DNA of 56,959 bases, filler included, from Sphacelaria rigidula (Eukaryota), in assembly GCA_964200075.2 (NCBI GenBank). It is 8 parts of 8 records of this genome, joined end to end, with 100 filler letters (N's around TTAATTAATTAA, not from the genome) between each part and the next. Parts side by side here need not be neighbours in the genome. Positions count along the whole stretch, not along the records: positions 35,664 to 42,695 come from CAXNAA020016852.1; positions 42,796 to 49,827 come from CAXNAA020016853.1; 6 more parts are not named here. The stretch is one strand, 5' to 3'. A program made the position numbers and the translations under genes. This document shows, one piece after another, positions 36,196 to 48,322 of the stretch. Positions within the stretch are counted from its first letter, which is position 1, and each line of letters opens with the position of its first letter. A model generated the notes under the pieces. It saw nothing but the letters and a program-made list of their open reading frames with translations. It made no database searches and was not told the DNA's origin.

Positions 36196-38399
36196 CTCAC
36201 ATGTTGTAACACCCCTCACCGAGGTGGCAATATCTCGACACATACGGCAGCTATCGACAAAATTCAGATTTCCCTGTGTAGATTAAACGTGTACCAAGAA
36301 GTCATCCCCTTCCTGGCGGCTAACACTCTTTTAAAAAGATCAGAAGTAGGGGTGAAGGAAATATCATCTACTGAAGATATTGCACTGTTTCGAGGCTCAA
36401 TTGCAGCCTGCTTGGGCTTAAACGACGACTAGTACCTAGCTGTATCTACCTGTAAAGTTTCGGTTTGGTGACATTCGTCAGTAGTCAGTAATCCTCTGTC
36501 TCGTGAAAGACGGGCATGGGAAATGACGTTTTTGCCTGTACAAATGGTCACAACTCATTTAGGGATATCCTTGCGATATCCATCGCTGGTTTGTGGCTGT
36601 ACTGGGTATTATTGAGCCAGACTGCGATGCGAAGGTAGCTTCGAAACTACAGCTATGTATCGCTTTCGTTGAGATCTAAACCTCTGTACACCTGTTTGAC
36701 TCCGTCCCTTCTTCAATTTGGGAGTGATCATGGAAAACATGACACTAACCCCCGGCGTAACCTCGGCGTGACACTGGAGGTGAGCTCAGTATGCAGCACG
36801 ATTGCCTTTTGCAGGCAGGAATGGAAGATGGCCATTTGGTGGTATACTACATGCATCTGCTGTGCCGGAATTTTATATAGAAAAAAGATGAAAAATTAAC
36901 GAACACCTGTCATCACCAGTCTATATGTCATGTGCAGATGTGGACCGGAGTTCTCGGGGAAGATAGTTGTATTTTCTAATTGTTTCGTGACATTGTGTTT
37001 TAGGTTACGTGCTTCATGGATCCCGCTGACTCTACCACTGCGTCTTGTTGACTTTGACTCCCCTCACAAAATCACTTGGTTTGTGAATGCTCCACGAATG
37101 GTTTTCTGCTCCGAAAAAGAGTACTGCAGATAACGCCTCCAAATGGGTTGAGGTCAGTCCCGTGCGTTCGCTTGTTACATTTCGTCTGTCGCCTTCGGAG
37201 AGCGTGTACTCGTTCCACGTCCTCAACCGTCTACATCCACCCTCATCACAAGCGAACGGCACGAACTCAAATATAACTGACGCTCGTTCTACTTGGCACT
37301 ACAGAGTTCACAGGTAAAGAAGTGATTGCAAAAGAAAACGAAAGACCAATTTGGAGAACGGAGATGCTGTCGTAGCGGCCGGGGGCAGGCAGAAGCAGGC
37401 AGGGGAGGGAAGGGGGCTGCTGCGCACTGTTATAGCACTCTGTGGACAGTACTGTACAATATACGAACTGCACGGCGTGGCTTGTTTCAATAGGTATGTT
37501 GGTCCACTACGAAGGCTGACTGTTTTGCATGTCTGGGGTGTTTACCTCGCGGCAGTTCAGTACTACCCTCTAGTGCTCGAAAGCACAGAAAAAAGTACAG
37601 TTGCACAAGGTGTTGTACATTTTATACTAAATCAGTCATAACAGGTGGGGCTGGGTCTGAAGGCATCACGGTACATTGGTGTGAAATGCGCCGTAAAGTC
37701 TGTGCTTCTTTTCCCAGCTCAGTTGAAGAACGGAAACAGTAAGCGTATGTTTGGCGGGTGCTCTATCGCATTATGCTTCCGTCGTAGCTTCAGTGCGTTC
37801 GGGCATCTCTTTATATCAAGGTACCGCGCAACATAACCCCCACCGAAAGAACAAGCGGGGCAACCACGTGAACGCACTACGGCACCGTCACCGTCTTTCC
37901 CACACTGCACAAGTGTAAAATGTGCTGGTCTGCTCTATGGTCCTCTGCATCAGGTGCCCATGATGTGCTCATCTCTCATGGAAAAGCTGTTTGCGTATCA
38001 CCTGCCAATTTATAAGGTTGCGATTGCTCTGCACTCTTCTGTGAGGTCAACCCGGTTCAGGATACTCCAAAGTCTACTGTATCAGTGACTTTTGGCAGGC
38101 AGGCGACCTGTAATGAGTAGTTGGTCGCGTCCTGTAGAGCAGCTTTCAGTCCCCACCCAACGAGGTCCAAGGCCTGCAGAGCTTCTCGACGAACCTGCGG
38201 GAGGGCTTCATTACTGTTCATCAAACGACATCGTGACCCGCACTAATGTATTGCCCCTATTCCATGTGATCCCAGTCCCCAAAACTCATCATACGTCGAC
38301 CGTGCTTGCCAGTACTGCTTTACATGCCTTGCGGTGTACCACCGTCTGTATGATACTCCTGTACCATGCTCCGGCGTATGTGTCCTTCGATAGCTTGTG

Positions 38400-39065
38400 C
38401 CCAATTCTGTGACCGCGGGTACGAGCCATGGGACGAAAATGGATCGCCGAGACCTCGTACACGTTTGCGTGCATACTCAGCACTACCGCCGAAACAAACA
38501 CAATTGTCTGTACATCTTTTCCCCACTGGACCAAAGAGTGCAACTTATTCCCGGGCGTGTCTCAATCAACCCTGGTGCTTCCGGCGTAATCTCGGAACAG
38601 TTTTGCCGGCTGACAGTGCAGGTACCTTGGAGGGTTTCCAGCGGCCGGGGGGCGGTGATTCTCGAGGTGGGGGTAGGTGCCTGTTGCCAGATCAACCGAA
38701 AAGCTCCAGAGCAGGCCAAACGTGTTCGGAAGTTCCCAGAAGAAGAATCCGGAGGGGGGCATCGAACCCCGAGGGGGAGAAACGACCATGTTGACTTGAT
38801 TCGATGGTTCCCGCAGAAGTTGGAAACTTCGCACCCTACACAGTATTTGACCATCTGGGTAGTGACCTCTCAATCGTTGAAGCGTACAAGTAAAAAATAT
38901 GTTATTTTTCACTTGTGCTACCTTCCCCTGTGCTGTCAAATAGCTGCACGTAGTACGGTACCATGGAAATCTGGCGCACAAAGCTTCGACAGAGGGATAC
39001 GCAGAAATCATGCCTCTAGCTCCATCTCTCGTCCCACAGCGCTGCCAGATTCAGTCGCGTTGTGA
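38400..39065 (+). pseudogene. Decayed Tc1/mariner-like transposase C-terminal half
   Basis: SEQFCRLTVQVPW; QINRKAPEQAKRVRKF resembles QDNAPxHxAK; DLIRWFPQKLETSHPTQYLTIW resembles WPPxSPDLNPIExxW. Confidence 0.35.
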
Positions 39066-39269
39066 GCATGACCACATGTACAGTAGGGTACATTTATTGC
39101 CGAATTTCCCCCGAACACTACGTGCTACTGTTATCAACTAGGGTTTACAAAATAAATCGGGGATGGGAGGTCGGGCCCACATGAGATGCAAGTGAAAGAT
39201 GAAAAAATCGGGAATCCAAGCCCCGACCACTTGAGCTTTCTTTTGCTTCGAAGGTTTTTTTGTGGGCCA

Positions 39270-40330
39270 GGGACAGGGTACAGCAAATTTGCAGTGACAC
39301 AACTCCTGGCGACAGCCCCCATCCACTGGTCGTTCGGATGTAGTCGATAAATTTTGCCTCGCCGTGATTGGACAGGTCGCTCCCAGACTTCATTATTATT
39401 TCACTTACACATGGTGAACTCCTTGTTCGTGAGCTTCAGTCCCGAAAGGGTTAATGCTGGAGAACCCCGGCCGGCATTGAAGCGCAAGTCGAGTGAACGT
39501 GTGTGTCTTCGCTGAGCTATCCCCTTGGGGTAACACGCTTTCATTTCGTGCAAGTGCGGTGCACAGGGGCAGCCACCGCTCACCGTTGCGTTATTTGCAA
39601 ATGAAAACTACATTTTCTACTTGTATCCATCTACGCGTTCGCTTGTGGAGGCGTACCTCGGCCGCGGTGCTTTAATCCTGTACGCATGGCACATTTTCTG
39701 GAGTACTTGTACTTACTACATGGCTGTCTCCACCGTACACAGACGAAAAATAGGTTGTTTCATCAGTGTCTGAGTACCACGGCAAGAAGCAACGAGTCTG
39801 TCTGCTGTGTGCTGTCAGTATCTCTGCTGTTGAGTGTTGCACTCCGGACAGTGTGCAGCTACCTTGACGACACAGAAAGAGCAGGCAGGTAGAAAAGACT
39901 TACACAGAGCAAAAATTGCCTCCTTTCTCATCTCCATCCATGGTTGAGTGCCCGAAGGGTCAAGATGCGGCTACGCCGCGAGAGGTAATCTAGTTGATGT
40001 AGTTTATTTGTATATGGAACAGTGACCGAGTTGATGAATCGTACCAGTCCAAGTGATGACTTCCTTGTCCATGGGCGTGGTTTCCGTCGGAAACTTCCAG
40101 ACAGTTATGGTTGACTTCGGAAGCTCCTCAGCTCATCTGTTACCAGGCACCTCCCTACCCCTCAACCCTCCCCCGGCGCCCTGGACCCCGTTGGATGCAT
40201 CCGGACTGTCAGCCCCCGGAACTGTTTTGAGGCGATGTTCGCGGTCATGGGGTTCGAACAATGAAGAAAAATCCAGCGGACTTTTACAGGCCTCGATTTC
40301 GTGTTTGGCCATCGTTCTACTTCATTCGCG
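39270..40330 (-). pseudogene. Decayed piggyBac-like transposase N-terminal half
   Basis: KSPLDF; VTDELRSF..RRKPRPW; CYPKG..RF.AGRGS..LKLTNKEFTM resemble piggyBac SPxxFF, TxxELxxF and FKGR..KPxKxG motifs across frames. Confidence 0.35.
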
Positions 40331-41687
40331 CGGTCTTGCCGTCTCTCATCCTCTTCTGATTCGATTTCCGTGAGAACCTAGAACCTTTATTTCTACGTAG
40401 CTGAAAGAAGGCCATCATTGGATGAAATGTGTCTGCGCCCTGGTGCTTCGCAGGTTCTGGCTAAAGTGGTCGTACATGAAATAACTACATTTTATATGGG
40501 CCCGTAGGACGTCCTGCGAACCTCTTGTGTGTGAAGTGCACCAGGCCCTGCAGCATGTCGCTCGATGAAGCTTCCGTTTGTTCTTGTGGTCATTTTTCCG
40601 TGTGAGCCCAGAGCTGCCAAAAGCAATGAACAAAGTGACGAGCTTACAAACATCAATTGTGCCCCGTGTAACGAAGACGCGCCGTCAGTTCCCCCCACCA
40701 CACCCACCCCGCCTTATTTCTTCTTTACTAATGGGCAAAAACTACCGCAATCACCCTGGGCGCCGCCACAGCAGCTGCATGAGTGACTGCAACAGGCACA
40801 GGTAGCACCTTGGGTAAACTAACCTTGTACTACCCGCGTCTTTTTTTTTGTGTATGCGGTAATTTGCAGGGAAGCCCGAGAGTCGTCGCCTCTCTGGTTT
40901 TTATGTTTTCATTCCTGCCACGTCGGTTCGGTTGTTGTGACCCGCGGTCAGCTCGCATCGGTTTTTTGCTGCACTTGATGCAATATCTACATGTACCTGG
41001 GGATGTTTTTTCTTATTCGTGTCTTGATCATTTGTTTTGGCGAGCCAGTGGTGGCTGGTGCCGGAGTCGCGCTTGCTGGCCCCATTATTTTTCGTTTTTT
41101 CGCACGGGCCTCCCCTCCCTTCGTTAACTGTGGAGGTGATCGCAATGGTGCTTAAACCAACATATCATCAGCGATGAAGCCAACGAAAATACCCCTAGCT
41201 TGGACTTCAATCGGAGCGGCGTTTGGTGACGCGGAGGTTTGCGAATAGTTGCTTTCGTGAATAGGAGACGACACGGATGTGTGTACATGGAAGTACGGAA
41301 CGACATATAACCACCAGCTGCGCATCTAACATCAACTGTCTACACGTGAAGAGTACATCAGAGGGGAAAGGAAGGTTGGCGGGTGCAAGCCATCGTGTTG
41401 GACACTTGGCGCCGACAGCACGCACAGTAGGGTGGTGCATGGAAAGGCGGTCCGTGCGGCACACCGCATTGAAGACGCTCGACCATGGCAATAGGCTACT
41501 AGACTACTGCAGGCCCGTCGAATTCTGAAAATGAGCCGAATCTGAGGAATTCCCCCGGAGGCTCTTCACCCATATATGAGCGCCCATCTACGCCCAGGGT
41601 ATGGACCAATCCCAAGCATCACGTCGAGAACCCGTGCTCCTTTCTTTTTCCCCCACACACACTTCGGAGTATTTACTTTTCCTTGAC

Positions 41688-41989
41688 TTATTTTTCGCAT
41701 TTCGTACCCCTGCCCTTCCTGAGGACGAGTCTGTGGTGTCGAGGGATCAACCCGTCTCTCTCTGGTACACGCCTTGCAGTTTGACCTCGCGGATGGGTTC
41801 AGCACTACCGCACCGCGTCAACCCTCGCCAGACAAAACTCGGTCAACTACTTGTTTACTCACGTACTCACGCTGTCGACGGTCGAAATCAGAGAACTCGA
41901 AGAAGGAACCCAACACATCAGGAATCAAACCCACATTCTCTCTACCTTGTGTGGGTAATAGTCGAACCATTAGACCACAGGAACGCGGC
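41688..41989 (-). mobile_element. tRNA-derived SINE, related to the 46554 and 49650 copies
   Basis: Head gccgcgttcctgtggtctaatggtt...gggtttgattcc; shared body cgtgagtaaacaa..gtag and gggttgatccct..caccac.gactc. Confidence 0.8.
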
Positions 41990-42271
41990 AACTACCTATT
42001 ATGAATGTACACGGGTCCAGATTGCTAGCTTTTCGCGATTTCAGCCCAAGTCTGCAGATGAGCCTCCCCCCTCCTGTGTTTTGGTGCCCGATTCCTTCAG
42101 AGCTAAATGAGTCGCAGGACTACCAGCATTCTCAGCACCTAGATATTCGGAACAAAAAGACGAAGCACGAAAGGGGCTGAAACACCGAATTTTGCATTTT
42201 TGGCTTGGTTTCTGTACAGGAACTATTGTAACCACGGAGAAAGGACGTTCCTATGTGCGAGGGTATGACAC

Positions 42272-42485
42272 GTCGGACTACTCAATTCAGGTCAACTCGA
42301 GTTTACTCTTTTCCCCCCATGACTCACCTGTGAGTTATACCAACACAACTCAGCAGTGCGTATTCCCATCTGGAGAGCTACATAAAATTTATCAGCTGTG
42401 CATAGTCTGATCGGGTGAGTTATACAACACAACTCATCGGTTAAAAAGAGAGACGCGGAGCTCACTTTTGTGTTGTAAGTTCGTA
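42272..42485 (-). mobile_element. Diverged copy of the 53587-53908 TIR/minisatellite element
   Basis: tcggactactcaattcaggtcaactcgagtt matches the reverse complement of the 53880-53905 terminus; contains gggtgagttatacaac units. Confidence 0.65.
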
Positions 42486-42630
42486 AATATTTATATTTCG
42501 TATTAATAGCACCAAGATGCACCGCTCACACTTGTATTGTGAGCTTGAGATAACTCATAGCATAAATATGTACCCCTTACCTTGTCTTGTGAGATTCACA
42601 CATGCTGTTTATCCTCGATCGCACATGTAC

Positions 42631-42695
42631 GGTCGCCCCGGTGGCTCAGTTGGTAACCTCGTAACCTTCTGATGGTCGAGTAGGGGGGTTCGATT
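42631..42695 (+). mobile_element. tRNA-derived SINE head (second family) or tRNA pseudogene, cut by a spacer
   Basis: Box A tggctcagttgg and box B ggttcgatt. Confidence 0.6.
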
Positions 42696-42795
42696 NNNNN
42701 NNNNNNNNNNNNNNNNNNNNNNNNNNNNNNNNNNNNNNNTTAATTAATTAANNNNNNNNNNNNNNNNNNNNNNNNNNNNNNNNNNNNNNNNNNNN
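42696..42795. other. Artificial spacer
   Basis: N44-TTAATTAATTAA-N44. Confidence 0.99.
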
Positions 42796-42955
42796 CAATC
42801 TTCGCCCCTGCCCGATTTCTTTCCATGTCGGTATCAACTCTACCTACGCGTTCCAACAGCTCGGGAAACTTTTACTGCCTTTTGGGCCATCTCCTCTCTC
42901 TCTCCCTTTCCGTCTCTCCGTCTCTGTCACTCTCCGGTTTTTTTTTTGGGGGGGG

Positions 42956-42998
42956 CGTACTCATTTGTTGCTTGCCTTAGTCATTTGACCATTGACCA
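42956..42998 (-). mobile_element. 43-bp 5'-truncated poly(C)-LINE insertion, TSD about T9G8
   Basis: tttttttttgggggggg on both sides. Confidence 0.88.
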
Positions 42999-44496
42999 TT
43001 TTTTTTTGGGGGGGGGGGAACTTTGTCAAACAGAGACCGAACGTATCTTGCTCCAAGGGGCACCTTGGCACACAGCACTTGCTGCTGCCCACCTAGTAGC
43101 ATGCTCCAAATCGAAGTCTTGAGTGAGAACGCCCAGTGTGTAGCTGCTTGACGCGACCACTGTCTTCTGCCACGGACCCTCCTTCCCCACGTACCCGACA
43201 AGGGGGCAACATCCCCGTACAGACAGTAGCAATGCTAGCAGATCGTACGTCCTGACAGTCTGGCAGCCGGCAAGGTAGTTACGATAGTGTCTTTTTAACG
43301 ATATCAACTTACAGTGCACTGGAGCAGAATCTGCAGGTGAATATTTCGGCGATTGCCTCACCTGCAGTTCGCCCAGCGGCCGTTAGTTCGAATTGCACGG
43401 TATAGAACATATTGCCGATTGCAATGGGTGTGATACAGTACCAGTAGTATTCGTACTTCAACTCGGTATCTGCAACGCTACACTTCGAAACAACCGTGTG
43501 TAAAAATCTCCCCCGATGTGGAATGCTACAGGCGACTTTCGCGCCATAGCGGCTGTGTTACCATACAGCTTCGCCCAAGATACAGGCAGCTATTACAGCG
43601 GCGCACGCGGCCTTTCACTCCTGCCACCTGGGGCAAACGTAAGCTGTAGCTGCAACACGGACAGCTTTACAAAATGTGGCGTAGCGATATAGTGCGTAGC
43701 GAGGGGTGATATTTCGCGTACACGTTGGCCGCAGATACAAGCGGCTGCGTTCATGATGTGGCGAACTGCATAGGACAGCGCGAAATCAATGCAGGACAGG
43801 GATTGGCTAAGGATGTGCTGTCTTTCTGTGTGCTTTGTCACCCTGCACCCTGCCGCTGTGCAGTGAGCAGGAAGTATCGCCGAAGCCGTCACGTTGCGGT
43901 TGGTACGCAGTGTCGAACACAGCAGAAAACAGCATATTTCATGTACCGTATATAGATCGTGCTCTAAGCCCGATGCGCACACACACAGCATCTACTATCG
44001 CCATCATCCATCTATCAGGGGGGTACCCCCCTCCTCAAATAGGGTACCCGAGGTTCCCCCCCCCCCCCCCATTCCACCCTACGGCCCCAGAGTGAGGTTT
44101 GGGCGACCTGGGGGGTGGTGATGCCGTCATTTCCCGATATGGGGCTTGGCGCTTGACGCTGTCTCCTGTCTATCCGAGAAACAGCCGTTTGCAACTCATA
44201 GTCTAGGGCATACCGGGAAGCAAGTCCTGTACGTGTACTTGGAAACAGGCACGGTAGTGGCTGGGACTAGTGCGGGGCGGCCTAGCGGGAACTTTCCGGG
44301 AAACGGCGCGCGTCTCAGCGCCGGCTTGCTGCGGGCCCCCGCCAACGTAGGGCGACGGCCATAACACGAACACGATTTACGCTTTAATACAACTTTACCC
44401 GTCCGTGTAACGACAAATCATCACCATACCCCGGGTGCTTGCGGCAGACCTTCATTTTAGAGCCGCTTCTAACAGGGGCCCAGCCGAGACTGTTAA

Positions 44497-45096
44497 GATA
44501 CCGTTTGACTGCTGAGCTGAACAGCCAGCGCTGGCCGTTTAGCTCAGCAGTCAACCGTTTATAAAAAAACGCTAAATTCGGTGGGTCCGTCACATAACCC
44601 CGACTACTTACCCCAGGGTTGCTATCCCAATAACCGACGCTGTTAAGTCCAACCGGTAGACTTCGATCGCACCCGGTGTTCAACATCGAAGTCAAGTCCT
44701 CTGGCTTTTCCTTTTCTTTCGACAGCATTCTCGCGACATGGAAGAATAATTTTGATTGCACAAGCTGGCGGTCTAGCTCAGCAGCCAATCGGTATCCTAA
44801 CAAAAAGCTAGGTTCTCGGGTTCGAATCCCTGTGCAATCAAAATTATTCTTCCATGTCGCGAGACTGCTGTCGAAAGAAAAGAAAAAGCTGGAGAAGTTG
44901 ACTTCGATGTTGAACACCGGGTGCGGTCGAAGTCTACCGGTTTAACTTAACAGCGTTGTTTACCGGGATAGCAACCCTGGGGTGAGTAGTCGGGGTCATG
45001 CGACGGACCCACCGAATTTAGCTTTTGTCAAGAAACGGTTGACTGCTGAGCTCAACGGTCAGCGCTGGCAGTTTAGCTCAGCAGTCAAACGGTATC
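44497..45096. mobile_element. 600-bp foldback with ~265-bp TIRs, GA...TC termini and TTAA TSD (Kolobok-like)
   Basis: TTAA at 44493-44496 and 45097-45100; arms pair up to ...gattgcaca / tgtgcaatc... Confidence 0.88.
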
Positions 45097-45133
45097 TTAA
45101 GGGAGACCACTCCAGTTTCACCACCGCAATTCA

Positions 45134-45522
45134 CACACGCGGTCATTCGGCTACCCCCAAAGATACTCTGTTCCGGTCAACTTTTCGAGCCTCAAGAGGA
45201 ATCAAATGCCTCCAGAGGGTGCGCGGCCCTCCAGAGGGGTGGAATCAAACGCTCTCAAAGGCTTGTTTTGCCTTAAGAGGGCCGCGCATCCTCCGGAGTA
45301 ATTTGAAGGGTGCGCGGCCCTCCAGAGCATCATCTTCTTTGTTACTCTCGAGGATTTAGGGTTAATTCAGACCTCAGAAGTCAATGGAGCATCAGATGCC
45401 CTGCAGGGATTTTTTCATGACCACACGTGGGGATTAAATGCCCTCTAGAGGATATTTTACCCTCGAGGTGATGTAAACCACGATAGAGGATTTTTATGGT
45501 GGCAGCCGAATGGCCGCGTGTG
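45134..45522. mobile_element. Non-autonomous TIR element with CACAC...GTGTG ends (CACTA-like) and internal ccctccagaggg repeats
   Basis: cacacgcggtcattcggcta pairs with cagccgaatggccgcgtgtg. Confidence 0.65.
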
Positions 45523-45869
45523 GAAGACCGCAACGTCACGAACATCGAAATAAATTCAAATTGAAAGGGCCCTGGGCACAGGGCCATCTGTCTATTCAAC
45601 AGCCAACACATCTAACAACGTTTTCAAGTCCAGATAGTGAGCTTTTTTCAGGTCCTGGGCCATACATGAGTGTCCAGAAGTTTCGAGTTGAACCATTCAA
45701 TTTGGCTGTATAGCCGACACCCCGAACAAAGTTTGAAACCTGTTCCCATGAACAGACTATTCCGCCTCTAGGTTTCTAGTTCAACCGCATCCGGGCAAGT
45801 TGAAGAGTTCAAACAATGCTCGTAGTCAAACATGTACATATGGGCTACGCCCAATAGCCCACCCAAGGT

Positions 45870-46400
45870 AACATGCGCGGATGAGCGACGGGTTGGTAGC
45901 TCACCCACGACAAACATCCGTAGCTCATGTAGCTCTCATTGCTCACCCCGGGTCCGCACGCGTAGCTCATGTACTCTCATAGTTCACCCCAGGCAAACAT
46001 CCGTAGCTCATTCAGCGATTATAGCTTGCTCAAAACGAATATGAGCGGATGAGCCATGGGTTGGTAGCTCACCTAGAATAAACACGCGAAGCTCACGTAG
46101 CTCACCCAGGGCGAACATGCTCTGATGACATACGCTCGATAGCATGCACCAAAGCCAAACATGCATAGCTTTTACATCGATGTCATCTAGGGCAAACACC
46201 CGTAGCTCACGTAGCTCTTATAGCTCATCTGGGGCAAACATGTGCGGATGAGCTACGCTCGATAGTCCGCTCGATGCAAGCATATACGTAACGCATGTTG
46301 CTCTCACTGGAAAACATGTGCGGATGATGGGCGGTGGGGCAGTGATTAATCTCATGTGCCTAGCTCGCCCCTGGGGCAACACGCGGCGCTCATGATGTTA
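45870..46400 (+). repeat. Degenerate ~42-bp minisatellite (caaacatccgtagctca...agctcaccc)
   Basis: Units start near 45911, 45953, 45993 and 46035. Confidence 0.8.
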
Positions 46401-46553
46401 CATTCATGTGCGAACGAAGGGCGTATCGTATCATTAGGTCCTTATGGTGTTTTACCACGCGCTCTTCGGTGGAGAGAAAAGAAGGCATCACAAATCTTCG
46501 GTCTGCTTGATTAAGTGATTCAAAATAGTATTAATACTGGGTATGGTAATAAT

Positions 46554-46844
46554 GCCGCCGCGCCCCGGTGGTGTAATGCTCCGACTGTCGCCATTAGGGT
46601 GGAGAGAACGGGGGTTCGATTCCCGATGCGTAGGGTTTTTTCTTCGTAATGTACGATTTCCACCGTGGAAAACGTGAGAACGTGAGTAAACAAAAGTAGT
46701 CGACTGGGTTTATGTGACGTGAGTTGACGCGGTGCGCGAGACCAAAATGAACGGTACGTACCGGGGCAGAGATGGGTTGATCCCTGGAGACCACGGACTC
46801 ATCCCGAGGAAGGGGAGGGGTTCAAAATGTGAAGGAAAAAAAAA
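46554..46844 (+). mobile_element. tRNA-derived SINE with A-rich tail
   Basis: Box A-like ggtggtgtaatgc; box B ggttcgattccc; A9 tail; homologues at 49650 and 41688. Confidence 0.85.
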
Positions 46845-47534
46845 TGGTTGGTGACCGGTCAACTCATTTCGTTTAAGCGATCAAATATTGCACAGTTCGG
46901 AAGAATCAGAGCTCACGCGGGTTGACTCCCTATGATATCTTGAATAAGAATCATGTACCTCGGTACGAAGAGCTATCCGGTATGAATCACGGATGATGAA
47001 GTTGAATGTTCAAGGACATACCGCACGAATCCCGGACTAGGAATGTGTACACTCCAAGTAGTGCAAAGTACATACGAATCACACTTCCTGTATGAATCTT
47101 GGGTGGGAAATGTATACGCTTATTTCATTTCCTATGAATCGAAGGTCAGGAACGTGTTCGTACGATTCATGCTACATGAACGGAGATGATAGCATAGCTC
47201 GGGAAGAACGCAGCTAGAATGGAAAACCACCCTGGACACACAAATGAGCGTCTTGTGCTATTGTTGATGCGTGACGTGTAAGTACAAAATTTGAAAGTGG
47301 GTTTACTGCGGATTTGGCTCTTGATGAGTTCGCGATCTGTGCGCTCTTATTTGCCTACCCCACCTGCGAAAGAGCCGCGCCACGGAACAGTCGCGCCCCA
47401 TCATGAAATGGCAGATGGGAAACAGCGTGTTCTCATGATTTATATCATATCAACAGAAAATCGAGAACATCTACGCATGGTTTTGCGCTGCAGAAAAACA
47501 AAAGTGGGGAACATTACACTTGATCCATCTTGTA

Positions 47535-47815
47535 TGAATGGAAGGTAGGGAACATGTACGTATATGATTCATGCCGCATGAATGGAAGTTGAGAAACGTG
47601 CACGCTTGATTCACCTCGTGTGAATGGAATGTGGGGAAGATGGGCGTATCATTCATGCTGCATGAACGGAAAATTGGAATCATGTACGCTTGATCCACCT
47701 CGCATGAATGGAAGGTGGGGAACGTGTGCCCATGATTCATGCTGAACGAACGGAAATGGGGGAACAGGTACGTGTGATTCACGCTGTACGAATGGAAGGT
47801 AGGAAACATGTACCT
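47535..47815 (+). repeat. 42-bp minisatellite, ~6.5 units (tgaatggaaggt.gggaacatgtacg..tgattca)
   Basis: Units start at 47535, 47579, 47621, 47663, 47705, 47747 and 47789. Confidence 0.9.
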
Positions 47816-48322
47816 TTGACGGTGTATCCCAATAATCACGAACTGGGAATGTGTACACCTCAAGTATCACGAACCCACAACATGTACACATCACAATTTG
47901 TGTACGAATCGTATGATTGATTCGTCCAAATGCTGAATGTGAGTCGAATCATGATTGCATTCGTCCGAACCGTGAAACATTGGGTGCATGGGTGCACCAT
48001 GCCACAACTGCTTAGCTTTTTCAGAGAAATAAACTATCCAAAATTGCAATCGTCTTGCAAAATATTCGGACATGAGTGGTGCTACGGTAGGGGTGGACAA
48101 ATACTGTCTCAGGTTCCAATTGCTAGGAGCCCTCAACTCATCCAACATTGCTTTCGTCTTGGAAAATATTCGGGCATGGGTGGTAGGGGGGGACAATTGT
48201 ACTCACACACATGTATGCACACAAACGCACGGTAGCGACAGCCTATAGCCAAAGTAGCAACATTATATCACGCCTCGCCGAACTTGCCCGGACTACTGGT
48301 AAAACAGCGGATTCTCAAAAAT

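Noticed and set aside
37120-37313. HSF DNA-binding-domain-like fragment (AFGERVL...RSFY)
   Set aside because: Needs several frameshifts and contains a stop; similarity too weak
46554-46635. tRNA gene
   Set aside because: No complete cloverleaf; it continues into a shared body and A-tail, so it is treated as a SINE head
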